This document shows, in pieces, positions 36,393 to 46,193 of a stretch of DNA of 64,000 nt; positions within the stretch are counted from its first letter, which is position 1, and every line of letters begins with the position of its first letter. The position numbers were made by a program, and so were the translations under genes. Location: NCBI GenBank assembly GCA_964557975.1, contig CAZLCG010000003.1, forward strand, positions 2,239 to 66,238. Direction: 5' to 3'. The notes below the pieces were generated by a model that did no database searches, was not told the origin of the DNA, and was given only the letters and a program-made list of their open reading frames with translations. Origin of the DNA: an uncultured Eubacteriales bacterium. GTDB lineage: Bacteria > Bacillota > Clostridia > Oscillospirales > Acutalibacteraceae.

Positions 36393-38309
36393 CTAACTCG
36401 CAGCGCCGTACCAGCCGACGCCTTCATATCTCCATCCGTAGGAAACAAGGCGGTCGTTCTCTGTTCTGCTTGCCGTGAAATTGTGGTTATTGGCAAAGGC
36501 GTTCGGGTTATACTGTCTGTAAATCGGAACGCCCTGCGCATCATCAGAATTAAAGCCCACTCCCTCATAATTCCAGCCAAGAGAAACAAGCCTGTCTCTT
36601 TCGGTCACGCTTGCCGTGTAATGATGCTCGCCGCCGTTTTTGTTATAAAGCCTGTAAACGGGCGTTGAGGATTCAAGCGGAGCATACCAGCCTATGCCTT
36701 CATAATTCCAGCCGAGCGAAACAAGATTGGTTTTCTCGCTGTAATTAGACGTATAGAAATGCTCGCCCGAATTGGGATTGTAAAGACGGTATATAATATT
36801 TCTGTCGCCCGTCTGTAATGAACTCATCGGATTGGCAACGACCGAACCCGGATTAACAGGGTCTGTGTCCGCCGCAAGGTTGGGGCTGCTTGACGCCGCC
36901 GGAAGCGAACAGACGTTAACGGGCATATTTCTGTAAACGGGGATTATAAAAACAAACGAAGAATCAAGAGCGTCGATGCTTTTATAATTGCTGTATATTT
37001 TTGAAGCCTCGCTTTTGGGAGCTTGGACATTCGACATATATTGATGGTTATACAAGCCGCCGTTCGGGATTATATCAAATTTCTGCGTATAAAGCGTATC
37101 CTGCCCGACGCTTATGTAATTATTCGCTATGTAAGCCGCGCCGTAGAATATCGACTTGTACGGGGTATCCCACGGTCTGCCGTAATTGTTTTTTTCGCTC
37201 GTACTGCTCGCCCAGGAAAGGCCGTCCCTTATTCCGGTATTCGCGCCGATATTGTAGAAATTGTATATTCCGACAAACTCACCGTTCAAGCCCGCGCCCG
37301 TAGCCGCGGCAGTCGGGGAGGTTTTGCCTACCTCCTGAATAATTCTCGATGCGATATGATATGGACTTATGCCGTTTTGCACTCCCGCCTCCGTAATAGC
37401 CTGCGCGTAAGTGACGGTTCTGCCGTCGGTCGACGTAATCGTCTGACCGTCCATAAACGAGCCCTTCAATATAGCCTCTACGCCCGCAAGAGTTTGGCTT
37501 GACGCGTCATAAGAAAGCTTTTCAAACTGAAATACGGAGTCCTCCGTCAGGAAATTTCTCGGGTCCATATAATACTGAATAACCTGCCCGTGAGCCTGAT
37601 ACCATGATGAACCCTCGATGGGCGTGTATCCAACAGAGCTTGAAACGATACCGCCGACATATGAATTGTATAAATATCCCTCGCCGTAACTGCAATTAAC
37701 ATGATACCAGTTGCCCGAAATGTCGTAAATTTCAACCGTAACTCCCGAGGGGATTTCGCAGGTAGGCGAACCATTTGTACTCGCGTCGGAGCGAAGATTA
37801 ACGTTACCCGTTGTAACCCCCGTAACGCCCGAAAGATATTCGGACTTAACATAGCCCGTACCCGAGCCGCAGGTAACATAATACCACTCGCCCGAAATAT
37901 CCAACAGCTTAACCTGCGTTCCGTATGAAAGCTTCGCTATGATGCCGGCGGACGTGCTCGGTGACGAACGAAGATTTAAATTGCTGTTTGACGTGTTAAC
38001 GGTTGCCCATTTTTCACTCGCCGAGGCGTTATAGTTATAAGACGTCGAGCGGTATGAAATAACGCTTGTCTGTATAGCGTTAAGTCCCGGCGCGGATTCG
38101 CCCGAAATAACGTCCGCCCAAGAAAGACCCGTATCGTAAAACTCAAAGGTCCAATTGGGATGCGCCGCTTTCAATGCGGTTATGTACTCATAATATATTT
38201 GAGGAATACCCTCCGTGTCCTTTAAATTAGCCGCGCTTGCCGAAACGGAGAATACCCCGAAAAGCATAATGCAAATAAGCGTCAGGCATAAAAATCTTTT
38301 AAACTTCAT
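36393..38309 (-). CDS. Cell-wall hydrolase: two SH3b domains + glucosaminidase (LytD-type) domain + three C-terminal YRLYNPNxGEHxYT repeats
   Basis: NLRSSPSTSAGIIAKLSYGTQVKLLDISGEWYYV and a second SH3b. YAQAITEAGVQNGISPYHIASRIIQEVG (glucosaminidase-like). The C-terminal module is about 85-90% identical in DNA to 22219..22620. Confidence 0.75.
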   Translation of the reverse strand: MKFKRFLCLTLICIMLFGVFSVSASAANLKDTEGIPQIYYEYITALKAAHPNWTFEFYDTGLSWADVISGESAPGLNAIQTSVISYRSTSYNYNASASEKWATVNTSNSNLNLRSSPSTSAGIIAKLSYGTQVKLLDISGEWYYVTCGSGTGYVKSEYLSGVTGVTTGNVNLRSDASTNGSPTCEIPSGVTVEIYDISGNWYHVNCSYGEGYLYNSYVGGIVSSSVGYTPIEGSSWYQAHGQVIQYYMDPRNFLTEDSVFQFEKLSYDASSQTLAGVEAILKGSFMDGQTITSTDGRTVTYAQAITEAGVQNGISPYHIASRIIQEVGKTSPTAAATGAGLNGEFVGIYNFYNIGANTGIRDGLSWASSTSEKNNYGRPWDTPYKSIFYGAAYIANNYISVGQDTLYTQKFDIIPNGGLYNHQYMSNVQAPKSEASKIYSNYKSIDALDSSFVFIIPVYRNMPVNVCSLPAASSSPNLAADTDPVNPGSVVANPMSSLQTGDRNIIYRLYNPNSGEHFYTSNYSEKTNLVSLGWNYEGIGWYAPLESSTPVYRLYNKNGGEHHYTASVTERDRLVSLGWNYEGVGFNSDDAQGVPIYRQYNPNAFANNHNFTASRTENDRLVSYGWRYEGVGWYGAAS

Positions 38310-38410
38310 AGCAACGCTCCTTAATCGGTTAAAAAAGAATCCTGTAACTGTTTACGACAAATTATAACATATTACGGTATTCAAGTCAAATTACAGTTAT
38401 TTCCGTCAGG

Positions 38411-40429
38411 CTAAAGGCTGTTAAAATAATCGGCTATGCCGTTTGAAATCGCGCTCGCCATGCTCGACTGAACGCCGCTGTTGCAAAGCATTGAACACTC
38501 GGTCGGATTTGAAAGATAACCGCACTCGACAAGAACCGCGGGACATTCTTCAAGCCTTGTTACCCTGAAAGGATAGAACCTTACGCCGCCGTCGGCTGCA
38601 ACAACGCTGCTTTGCATTGATGAATTACCCGAATATATATCTCTCCAAGCCGACGCGAGACGGGAATGAATGCTTGAAGCAAGGCTCTTTGACATAGCCC
38701 TGTAATAATAGACCTCGGTTCCGCTCAATTTTGACGAGGTAGAGGAATTACAGTGAATTGCAACGAAAATATCGCCCCCTGCCTTTCTTGCGGCGGTTCG
38801 TCTGTCGTCAAGGCTTATATAAACGTCGCTTGTCCTTAAAATAATTACATTGTACCCCGCCTGCTCAAGATTTTGCTTTACCTCAGCGGCTATTCTCAAA
38901 TTTATTGAGGACTCGTAAGTTCCGTTAACCGCGACGGCGCCGCAGTCCTGTCCGCCGTGACCGGGGTCGATAATCACCGTCGCGCCCGAAGCGCTCGGCT
39001 TTTCGTTAAACTGCAAAACAAGCCTGTTATCGTTTGAATAATAAGCGCGGTAGCCGTAGAACCTTCCGCCCGCGCGGAAATGAACGCGCAGAGTTGTCGT
39101 GCCTTCATCACCGATATTTACCCATTCCGCAGAGCTTACAACACTGCTTGATGAAAAATCAAAAGAGCCCTCGGCGGCATTAGTGTAATAAAAGGTGAAA
39201 TCTATGTAGGAAGCGGTAAATGAGGAAACATTAAACGCTCTGCCAGAATAACCCGTGTAATAAGACTGTTCCTTCATTTCCGAATAAAAAGGTACTTTCC
39301 AGTTCATTGTAAGAATAGCATTGGTATATCCGTCCGAGGTATAGGATTTATAAACCGATATGGTGTTGGTCGGCATAACAAAGCCGTTAAAGGCGGCGGC
39401 GTTTTCCTTTTTGACCTTAACACCCGAAAGAGTTACATAGTATTCGGTACCGTCGTAATTGACCTCGCTCTTGATATAGTCGATCGTTCCCTTTATCTCG
39501 GGAGTACAGCGAGGGTCGGATTTGTCGTCAGCCGTAGACGCGGGAACGGTTTCCGCATAATCGGAGGTTACACGCAGCATATAAGCCGTTCCCCTGCCAT
39601 GGTCTGTATCAGGCGACAAAACATTAACTGTGTCGTCGCCCGTAATCTCAGGCGCTACGACCTGACCCTGACCCTGCTCGATAATAATATCCTCCGTTTT
39701 ATACGCGTTAACGGTAATCTTTCCGCCCTGCTTTGAAGCCTTATATCCGTTATAGTCGGCATAGAATTTCACTCTGCCCAAGCTCACAGGCTCGCTTGAC
39801 GCAGCGGGAATTACATATGTTCCGTAATACTTTATAAACTGACCGCCCTCGTCGGAAGCGGAAAGCGAAACCGTGGTACCGTTGATGACAGCGTATGCGG
39901 ACGAGCCTGCAAGAATATCCGCCGAAATTTCAAGCACCATTCCGCCGTCAACGCTCATATTTTTAGACGGCGAAACCGCAGAGATCACCTGTAAATCATA
40001 TGTAACATTATAGACCGCTGTTTTAACGCTGTTTGCGACCGTTATTGTGTTTTCGCCGGGCGTAAGCTCGCAGTCGTATTCAAACGAACCGTCCTGCGTA
40101 ACGTTTACGGAGCTGCCGTTTACGGTAAGCGGATAATCGGTATTATATGTACCGCTGACCGTTATTACAGGTACGGTAACCGTGATCTGCGTCTCGGAGG
40201 GATAAACAACGGTGAAAGTACTGTTGTTAAATTCTTCAACAGAGGTTGTGCTTTCTTCCTCCCGATTTTCAGTCGTTTCGGGGACGGCCTCGGCAACAGG
40301 CTCGTCCGCCTGTTTTATATATGAGCCGATTTTAAAAATACCGTTAACTGTAAAGCACAGCAAGACGCTCAGCAGTAAAAGAACAATACACGGAAAAATT
40401 CTTCCGAAAAACTTTTTCATAAACAACAT
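38411..40429 (-). CDS. Membrane-anchored N-acetylmuramoyl-L-alanine amidase (Amidase_3 at the C-terminus)
   Basis: N-terminal TM. C-terminus VIIDPGHGGQDCGA...AIHCNS...VLVECGYLSNP. Confidence 0.8.
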   Translation of the reverse strand: MLFMKKFFGRIFPCIVLLLLSVLLCFTVNGIFKIGSYIKQADEPVAEAVPETTENREEESTTSVEEFNNSTFTVVYPSETQITVTVPVITVSGTYNTDYPLTVNGSSVNVTQDGSFEYDCELTPGENTITVANSVKTAVYNVTYDLQVISAVSPSKNMSVDGGMVLEISADILAGSSAYAVINGTTVSLSASDEGGQFIKYYGTYVIPAASSEPVSLGRVKFYADYNGYKASKQGGKITVNAYKTEDIIIEQGQGQVVAPEITGDDTVNVLSPDTDHGRGTAYMLRVTSDYAETVPASTADDKSDPRCTPEIKGTIDYIKSEVNYDGTEYYVTLSGVKVKKENAAAFNGFVMPTNTISVYKSYTSDGYTNAILTMNWKVPFYSEMKEQSYYTGYSGRAFNVSSFTASYIDFTFYYTNAAEGSFDFSSSSVVSSAEWVNIGDEGTTTLRVHFRAGGRFYGYRAYYSNDNRLVLQFNEKPSASGATVIIDPGHGGQDCGAVAVNGTYESSINLRIAAEVKQNLEQAGYNVIILRTSDVYISLDDRRTAARKAGGDIFVAIHCNSSTSSKLSGTEVYYYRAMSKSLASSIHSRLASAWRDIYSGNSSMQSSVVAADGGVRFYPFRVTRLEECPAVLVECGYLSNPTECSMLCNSGVQSSMASAISNGIADYFNSL

Positions 40430-40451
40430 ACCTCAAAGAAGCTATTTATGG

Positions 40452-41684
40452 CTATTGTATCATACTTTCGACAATTTGTAACTCCTTTTTTGCATTTTCC
40501 GTCATATTTTCGGAGAAACAGTAGGAATACGAGTAAAAAGAAAAACCGCCGTAATTTCGCAGACCTTTTACATATGAAAGCTGTCTTGAGATTATATCGG
40601 TACAGTTTATCCACTCGTCCGCTCCCGTGCCTGCGTAAGCGTCTGCCTTTCCGCTCTTATATACCGCAAGCCCGAAGCAAAGCTTAATATTATCATTCGT
40701 CACAATATCGGACCACTCGTCCGCCGTTTTTGAAAACGGCTTCCCGTCATTAAGAAAGCCGTAATAGAGCTGAGGCATAATTATGTCAATATACCCCTCC
40801 TGAGAGCACCACAGCTTTACATCGGCATAATAAAAGTTACGGTCCTTTTCAATATCTCCCGACGGGCTGACGCTGAACAGCGCTTCGGGGTTTACCGATT
40901 TAATGACGCAATAGAGATTTGATATAAGGGAATTTACGTTTTCACGCCGCCAGTCATCCAAACTCAGTTTACCGCCCGAGCCGAGATAAGCGTCATATTC
41001 CGTTTTATCGAAGCTTTCATCTGCTGTCGGATAAAAATAGTCGTCCATATGTATTCCGTCAATATCATAGTTTTCGAGTATTTCCCGAACGCCGTCGGCA
41101 ATAAGCTTTTTGACCTCGTCACGGGCGGGGTTATAAAAAATCCCGCTCTCCGTTATAATTACATTGCGTGTTTCGCCGTTTTCGTCTATCCACATTTTTG
41201 CGGGATTATCCTGCGAAAGCTGTGATATATCCGTGCTGTAAGACACTCTGTACGGATTTATCCATGCGTCCGCCGAAAGCGAATATTTCTTCGCGTATTC
41301 AAGCAAAATATCAAGCGCGTCGTAACTGACGCTCACGCCTTGTGTTCCGCTTAAATATTTTGTCGCGGGAAAAAGAGCGGAGCTGTAAAACGCGTCGGAA
41401 AACGCCCTAACCTGAATAATGACCCTGTTACAGCCGAAGGAGCTGATATTTTTCATAATTTCTTCGGCCTTCGCGCGAAAGGTCTGTTCATCCCCGCCGT
41501 TCAAATCCTTCATTGAAAGCTCGTTATAATTTAACCATACCGCGCGGATTTCCGTGCTTTCGGATGTTTGCGAATCGTCCGAGCCGTTATCGTTTATTAA
41601 ATTTTTTTTAATGTCGGTTCCGCCGCAGGAGGTAAAAAGCAAGACGACCGATAACATAACCGATAATATTTTCAGCATTTTCAT
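40452..41684 (-). CDS. Lipoprotein, glycoside-hydrolase-like family 10 (YngK/DUF187-type)
   Basis: Lipobox LFTSCGG, RAVWLNYNEL..., and TIM-barrel-like pattern IDGIHMDDYFYP. Confidence 0.65.
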   Translation of the reverse strand: MKMLKILSVMLSVVLLFTSCGGTDIKKNLINDNGSDDSQTSESTEIRAVWLNYNELSMKDLNGGDEQTFRAKAEEIMKNISSFGCNRVIIQVRAFSDAFYSSALFPATKYLSGTQGVSVSYDALDILLEYAKKYSLSADAWINPYRVSYSTDISQLSQDNPAKMWIDENGETRNVIITESGIFYNPARDEVKKLIADGVREILENYDIDGIHMDDYFYPTADESFDKTEYDAYLGSGGKLSLDDWRRENVNSLISNLYCVIKSVNPEALFSVSPSGDIEKDRNFYYADVKLWCSQEGYIDIIMPQLYYGFLNDGKPFSKTADEWSDIVTNDNIKLCFGLAVYKSGKADAYAGTGADEWINCTDIISRQLSYVKGLRNYGGFSFYSYSYCFSENMTENAKKELQIVESMIQ

Positions 41685-41743
41685 TTCATCATCCCTCGTT
41701 TGACAATATTTGTTTATTACCGTAAAATATATGCGGTGATGAA

Positions 41744-42028
41744 ATGTATTATATTATCGGATATATTATTTTAATTTCTTCGGTTGCCGTTATTATGACG
41801 GTAACAGATAAGAAAGCCGCCGAAAAAGGCAAACGCAGAATAAGCGAAAACGCTCTTATTCTGACAGCCCTTCTCGGCGGATCGGCGGCTATGTTTTACA
41901 CCATGAAAGCAATAAGGCACAAAACTCTTCACAAAAAATTTATGATAGGTCTGCCCTTGATAACGGTTTTGCATATTATTGCAGGCGTTACTCTGTATAT
42001 GTATTTTTTTGGAATTATGCCTATATAA
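41744..42028 (+). CDS. DUF1294 small membrane protein
   Basis: DKKAAEKGKRRISENALILTALLGGSAAMFYTMKAIRHKTLHKKF. Confidence 0.65.
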   Translation: MYYIIGYIILISSVAVIMTVTDKKAAEKGKRRISENALILTALLGGSAAMFYTMKAIRHKTLHKKFMIGLPLITVLHIIAGVTLYMYFFGIMPI

Positions 42029-42101
42029 AACAAGCGAAGTCCGAGCGTTTCCGCAATAAAAAACCGTTTCATTTTTGATGAAGCGGTTTTTTATTGCAGG
42101 C

Positions 42102-42413
42102 TTATTTCTTATTATAATCGGGCTGTTCTTCGTCAACTATTATTTCAAGTATGCCCTCTTTTTTCGGCTTCGGCGGCTGCGTTTTTTCAAAAAGCTCTTT
42201 ATTTGCGGGGTCAAGAAACTCCTTGAAAACATCAGGTCTTAAAACGCTGCTGTAAATTATACTGCCGCACTCCCGACAGATAATATGCTGTATGGGAGAG
42301 CCGAAAACGCCGCCTCTTACATCCGTATATGCGGCGGCATTATCGCATTGATAGCCGTAAACAAGAAACCTTGAACCGCAGTACGGGCACTGCTCAAATA
42401 CGATTTTTTTCAT
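42102..42413 (-). CDS. Small zinc-ribbon protein, unknown function
   Basis: CPYCGS...CRECGS pairs. Confidence 0.45.
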   Translation of the reverse strand: MKKIVFEQCPYCGSRFLVYGYQCDNAAAYTDVRGGVFGSPIQHIICRECGSIIYSSVLRPDVFKEFLDPANKELFEKTQPPKPKKEGILEIIVDEEQPDYNKK

Positions 42414-42415
42414 AA

Positions 42416-43153
42416 TCAGTCCACCTCCGACATTCCTCGCTTTTTTACTAAAACCGCAACGGCAATGGCGACTAAAAGAATACCGCTGACGCCGAAAACA
42501 ATACCGAGCTTTATATATTTGTTAAGACCTGCGTCCTCGCCCGGAACGGCAGCCTGCTCCTCAATCGGCACTGTTGCCGCCGCCTCGGTGACAGGCTGTG
42601 TTTCAATTGCAGTTTCGGGAACGGTTGTCTGCTCCTCGGCAGCAGTCTCAGCCTGCTCTGCTCTTTGCGTATTTATTTGATATGTTCTTCTTACGCCGTT
42701 TTCGGCAGTTACATAAACAAAGGATTTATTTGCGCCGACGTCAAGCGTAAGGTAGCCCTCGGGAATGTTTATTTTAGCCTTTGAATCAGCCGCGGAGACA
42801 GTGATTTCAAGCCTTACGACTTCAAACGGAACGGACGCCGTATAGGTTCTCGTACCCGATTTGAACTCGGGTGACAATGTAACGCTTACACTCTCGCCCG
42901 TCTCGGTTTTACCGACAACGTCAAGAGAGGAAAGATTTGCGTTCGACGAGCGATTATCCGCCTGAACGCTCGTCTGATCAGCGTCAGACTGCTGTGTTTC
43001 GGACGGGGAAGCGTCTGACTGCGTATTTTGAGCGTCGGTCTGAACTTCCTGCTGTTGAGTCTCGCTCTCACCGTCGTTAACCGCCGAAGCTATAACGGAA
43101 AAGCACATAAGCATTATCATTAGCAGCGTAATTATTTTAAAGGCTTTTTTCAT
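42416..43153 (-). CDS. Secreted, C-terminally anchored protein with a cadherin-like beta-sandwich domain
   Basis: Signal peptide. NANLSSLDVVG...YTASVPFEVVRLEITV...RTYQI pattern. C-terminal TM followed by KKRG. Confidence 0.5.
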   Translation of the reverse strand: MKKAFKIITLLMIMLMCFSVIASAVNDGESETQQQEVQTDAQNTQSDASPSETQQSDADQTSVQADNRSSNANLSSLDVVGKTETGESVSVTLSPEFKSGTRTYTASVPFEVVRLEITVSAADSKAKINIPEGYLTLDVGANKSFVYVTAENGVRRTYQINTQRAEQAETAAEEQTTVPETAIETQPVTEAAATVPIEEQAAVPGEDAGLNKYIKLGIVFGVSGILLVAIAVAVLVKKRGMSEVD

Positions 43154-43250
43154 ATTTTACCTCCGAAATTTTCTTTACAAATAATAACATATGGAGAAAA
43201 TTATTGCAACATAAAAAACCGCCTTTAACCATCATAAATTTCATACGATT

Positions 43251-43290
43251 TAAAAAATCCGAAATCCGCGTTTTTTGCGAATTTCGGATT
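43251..43290 (-). terminator. Terminator after the amino-acid ABC operon
   Basis: ATCCGAAAT/ATTTCGGAT 9-bp stem followed by U6 on the minus strand. Confidence 0.7.
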
Positions 43291-43317
43291 AAATTTGCCT
43301 TTAGCATTATTTAACGG

Positions 43318-44115
43318 CTACATTCTCAAGGTTGAATTTAAGAAGCTTTTAAGCCTTTCGGATTTCGGATCGTCAAAAATATCCGAGGGCGTACCCTCCT
43401 CGGCAATTATGCCGTTATCCATAAATATGACCTTATCCGAAACCTCTTTGGCGAAGCCCATCTCGTGGGTTACTATAAGCATGGTTCTGCCCTCTTTGGC
43501 AAGGCGGGATATAACGTTTAATACCTCTCCTGTAATTTCAGGGTCAAGCGCCGAGGTAGGCTCGTCGAAGCAAAGGATCTTCGGCGATAAAATCAACGCT
43601 CTCGCAATGGCAACTCTCTGCTGCTGACCGCCCGAAAGCTCACAGGGATAATTCCCGAGTTTATCGCTCAAACCGACGCTTTCAATGATTTTTTCAGCCT
43701 CTTTTTCAATTTCGTCATAGGCCTTACGGCGTTCATCCTTTGAAGCCTTTTTCTTTTTTAATTCATCCTTTTTCAGAAGCTCCTTGGCAAGCGTGACATT
43801 TTTAAGCACCGAATATTGAGGAAAGAGATTAAAATTCTGAAAAACAAGCCCCGTCGATAGCTGATTTTCTCTCTTTTCCTCTTTTGAAAGCTTTTCCTTC
43901 CTTTCGCTGTCAAAAATTTTGCGTCCGTCAACCGTTACAGTCCCCCTGTCAGCGGTTTCAAGCCCCGTAATACAGCGCAGGAGAGTGGTTTTACCGCTTC
44001 CCGACGAGCCGATTATCGACAGCACGCCGCCCTGCTCAAGCGAAAAATCTATTCCCTTGAGGACCTCGGTTTTTGCAAAGGATTTATAAATACCTTTTAC
44101 TTCAAGTAAACTCAT
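43318..44115 (-). CDS. Polar amino-acid ABC transporter ATP-binding protein
   Basis: GSSGSGKTT (Walker A), [27 protein letters not shown]. Confidence 0.9.
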   Translation of the reverse strand: MSLLEVKGIYKSFAKTEVLKGIDFSLEQGGVLSIIGSSGSGKTTLLRCITGLETADRGTVTVDGRKIFDSERKEKLSKEEKRENQLSTGLVFQNFNLFPQYSVLKNVTLAKELLKKDELKKKKASKDERRKAYDEIEKEAEKIIESVGLSDKLGNYPCELSGGQQQRVAIARALILSPKILCFDEPTSALDPEITGEVLNVISRLAKEGRTMLIVTHEMGFAKEVSDKVIFMDNGIIAEEGTPSDIFDDPKSERLKSFLNSTLRM

Positions 44116-44126
44116 AACGCACCTCC

Positions 44127-44813
44127 TCAGCTCTTAAAATAGCTTAATTTTTTCTCGATAAAGCTAAAGAAAACCGTTAAAATTCCGCTGAAAACCAGAT
44201 AGTAAACACCCGTGAAGAACAGCGGCCAGATCTGACCCGAGATGCCGTAAGAGCCTTTCATAAACGCCTGTCCCGCCCAAATAACCTCTTGAAGGGCGAT
44301 TATTCTCGCAAGAGAGGTATCCTTGACAAGAGTTATAATTTCATTTGACATCGGCGGAATTATACGCTTAATCATTTGCAGTAGGGTGACCTTAAAGAAA
44401 ATACGGCTCTTTGACATACCCAACACCTGCCCCGCCTCCTGCTGACCATGCGGCACGCTTTGGATTCCGCCTCTGTATATTTCGGAAAAATAGCAGGCGT
44501 AATTTATTATAAACGCAACCGAGGCGGCAAAAAACCTGCCGTCCTCGCCGCTTCCCCAAATAGGATTGTGCAGTACAAGACCGGGAAAATAATAAATTAT
44601 CAAAAGCTGAATCATCAAGGGCGTTCCTCTGACAATCCAAACGACTGTTTTGGTCAGAGCGCTGAGCGGCTTAAAGCCTGACATTGAGCCGAAGGAAATT
44701 ATAAGTCCGAGAGGCAGCGCTCCCGCAAGAGTCAGAACAAAAAGCTTGAGCGTCTGTAAAAATCCGACGTTAAGCGCCTGAAAGACAATCGGAAACTGTT
44801 CCGAAAAGGACAT
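44127..44813 (-). CDS. Amino-acid ABC transporter permease (His/Glu/Gln/Arg family)
   Basis: Polytopic, with the EAA-like region [26 protein letters not shown]. Confidence 0.85.
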   Translation of the reverse strand: MSFSEQFPIVFQALNVGFLQTLKLFVLTLAGALPLGLIISFGSMSGFKPLSALTKTVVWIVRGTPLMIQLLIIYYFPGLVLHNPIWGSGEDGRFFAASVAFIINYACYFSEIYRGGIQSVPHGQQEAGQVLGMSKSRIFFKVTLLQMIKRIIPPMSNEIITLVKDTSLARIIALQEVIWAGQAFMKGSYGISGQIWPLFFTGVYYLVFSGILTVFFSFIEKKLSYFKS

Positions 44814-44893
44814 ATTTACACCTTCTTTAACACTAAAAGCAGAGAGTACCCCAAAAAAGCACTCTCTGTCTTTTAAGATGAAATAATATTTAA

Positions 44894-45682
44894 TTATTTG
44901 ATAAGAGAATCCTGAATGCCGTATTTTTCGGCAGTTTCCTGCATCTCGCCGTTTTCGGCGCTCTCGGCAAGGAATTTATTAAGCTCCGCCGCAAGATCCG
45001 AGCCCTTACGGAAACCTACGCCGTATTCTTCGCTGTTAAGAGAAGCGGTATGCGTAAGCTGCGCGTATCCCGTACCCTCGCCCGTCATGGCAACAGCCAT
45101 AAGGAAGTCGATGATTGCGGCATCGCTCGTACCCGAAGCAACCTCCTGCAAGGCAGTTGCCTGATCCTTAACCTCGGTATATGTAAAGCCGTAAGCCTCA
45201 GCCTGCTTCATTCCTGCGGAACCCACTTCAACAGCGAAATTAAGCTCCTTGCATGCTTCTGCGGTTGCATAGCTTTCAGCCTTGTCGGCGGGAACGATAA
45301 CGACCTGCGCGTTATTGAAATACGGATTTGAACATTCCATAGAGGATTTAACCTCGTCAACAAGCGTCATTCCGTTCCATACGCAGTCGATGCTCTTGCC
45401 GTCAAGCTCCATAACCTTGTTATCCCAATCAATTTCAATGAACTGAACCTCAACGCCCAAATACTTTGCAAACGCAGTTGCCATATCGGCGTCAAAGCCG
45501 ATCCAATTGCCGTCGGCATCCTTATAATCCATAGGCTCAAAGTCGGTGATTCCGACAATAAGAGTACCTTTTTCCTTAACATACTCCATATCGGTCTGTT
45601 CCTTGGTTTCTCCGCAAGCAGAGAAGCAAAGAGCAATCATAAGCACCGCCATAATGACGGCGACAACCTTTTTAATTTTCAT
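44894..45682 (-). CDS. Amino-acid ABC substrate-binding lipoprotein (family 3)
   Basis: Lipobox FSACG. GFDADMA...IDCVWNGMT pattern. Confidence 0.8.
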   Translation of the reverse strand: MKIKKVVAVIMAVLMIALCFSACGETKEQTDMEYVKEKGTLIVGITDFEPMDYKDADGNWIGFDADMATAFAKYLGVEVQFIEIDWDNKVMELDGKSIDCVWNGMTLVDEVKSSMECSNPYFNNAQVVIVPADKAESYATAEACKELNFAVEVGSAGMKQAEAYGFTYTEVKDQATALQEVASGTSDAAIIDFLMAVAMTGEGTGYAQLTHTASLNSEEYGVGFRKGSDLAAELNKFLAESAENGEMQETAEKYGIQDSLIK

Positions 45683-45750
45683 TTTAAAATCTCCTTTTAG
45701 TTTATTAAAGTGTTAATACGGTATTATATTACTATAATAAATCTTTTTTG

Positions 45751-45936
45751 TCAATAAAAATCGAAATTAAACGTCATATTATTGACTTCCATCCCGCTCA
45801 TAACAACGGTTTCGGTCTCGGCGGCGTCCTTATCCTCATTCATTCCGAAAATACCGTAAAGCAAAAAAATAATACCTAATACGACAAGAGAAAAGCCGAG
45901 AACAGCGGAAATTGCCCTTCTTAAATTTATAATCAT
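45751..45936 (-). CDS. Small single-TM hypothetical protein
   Basis: MIINLRRAISAVLGFSLVVLGIIFLLYGIF... Start chosen at an internal ATG with AGAGG upstream. Confidence 0.3.
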   Translation of the reverse strand: MIINLRRAISAVLGFSLVVLGIIFLLYGIFGMNEDKDAAETETVVMSGMEVNNMTFNFDFY

Positions 45937-46031
45937 ATTACAAAACGCCTCTTTTAAAGCTTTTGGTAATATATATTTAATAACCCGAACATAAATAACC
46001 GCCTGCAATGCATGGGACGGCTGATTTTTTA

Positions 46032-46193
46032 TTATTTATCGGATTTTGAGCAATTCATTTGACATTCGGCGCAGCATCCGCTGCAGCCCGAACAGCAAGA
46101 GCCTCCGTTTTTCTTCTGACGGCGGATGCTTATAAGTGCGGCAGCGATAAGGACTGCAATTACCGCTATAAGAATATAATCGGCGGTTTTCAT
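46032..46193 (-). CDS. FeoB-associated Cys-rich membrane protein
   Basis: MKTADYILIAVIAVLIAAALISIRRQKKNGGSCCSGCSGCCAEC. Its ATG overlaps the feoB stop (ATGA). Confidence 0.75.
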   Translation of the reverse strand: MKTADYILIAVIAVLIAAALISIRRQKKNGGSCCSGCSGCCAECQMNCSKSDK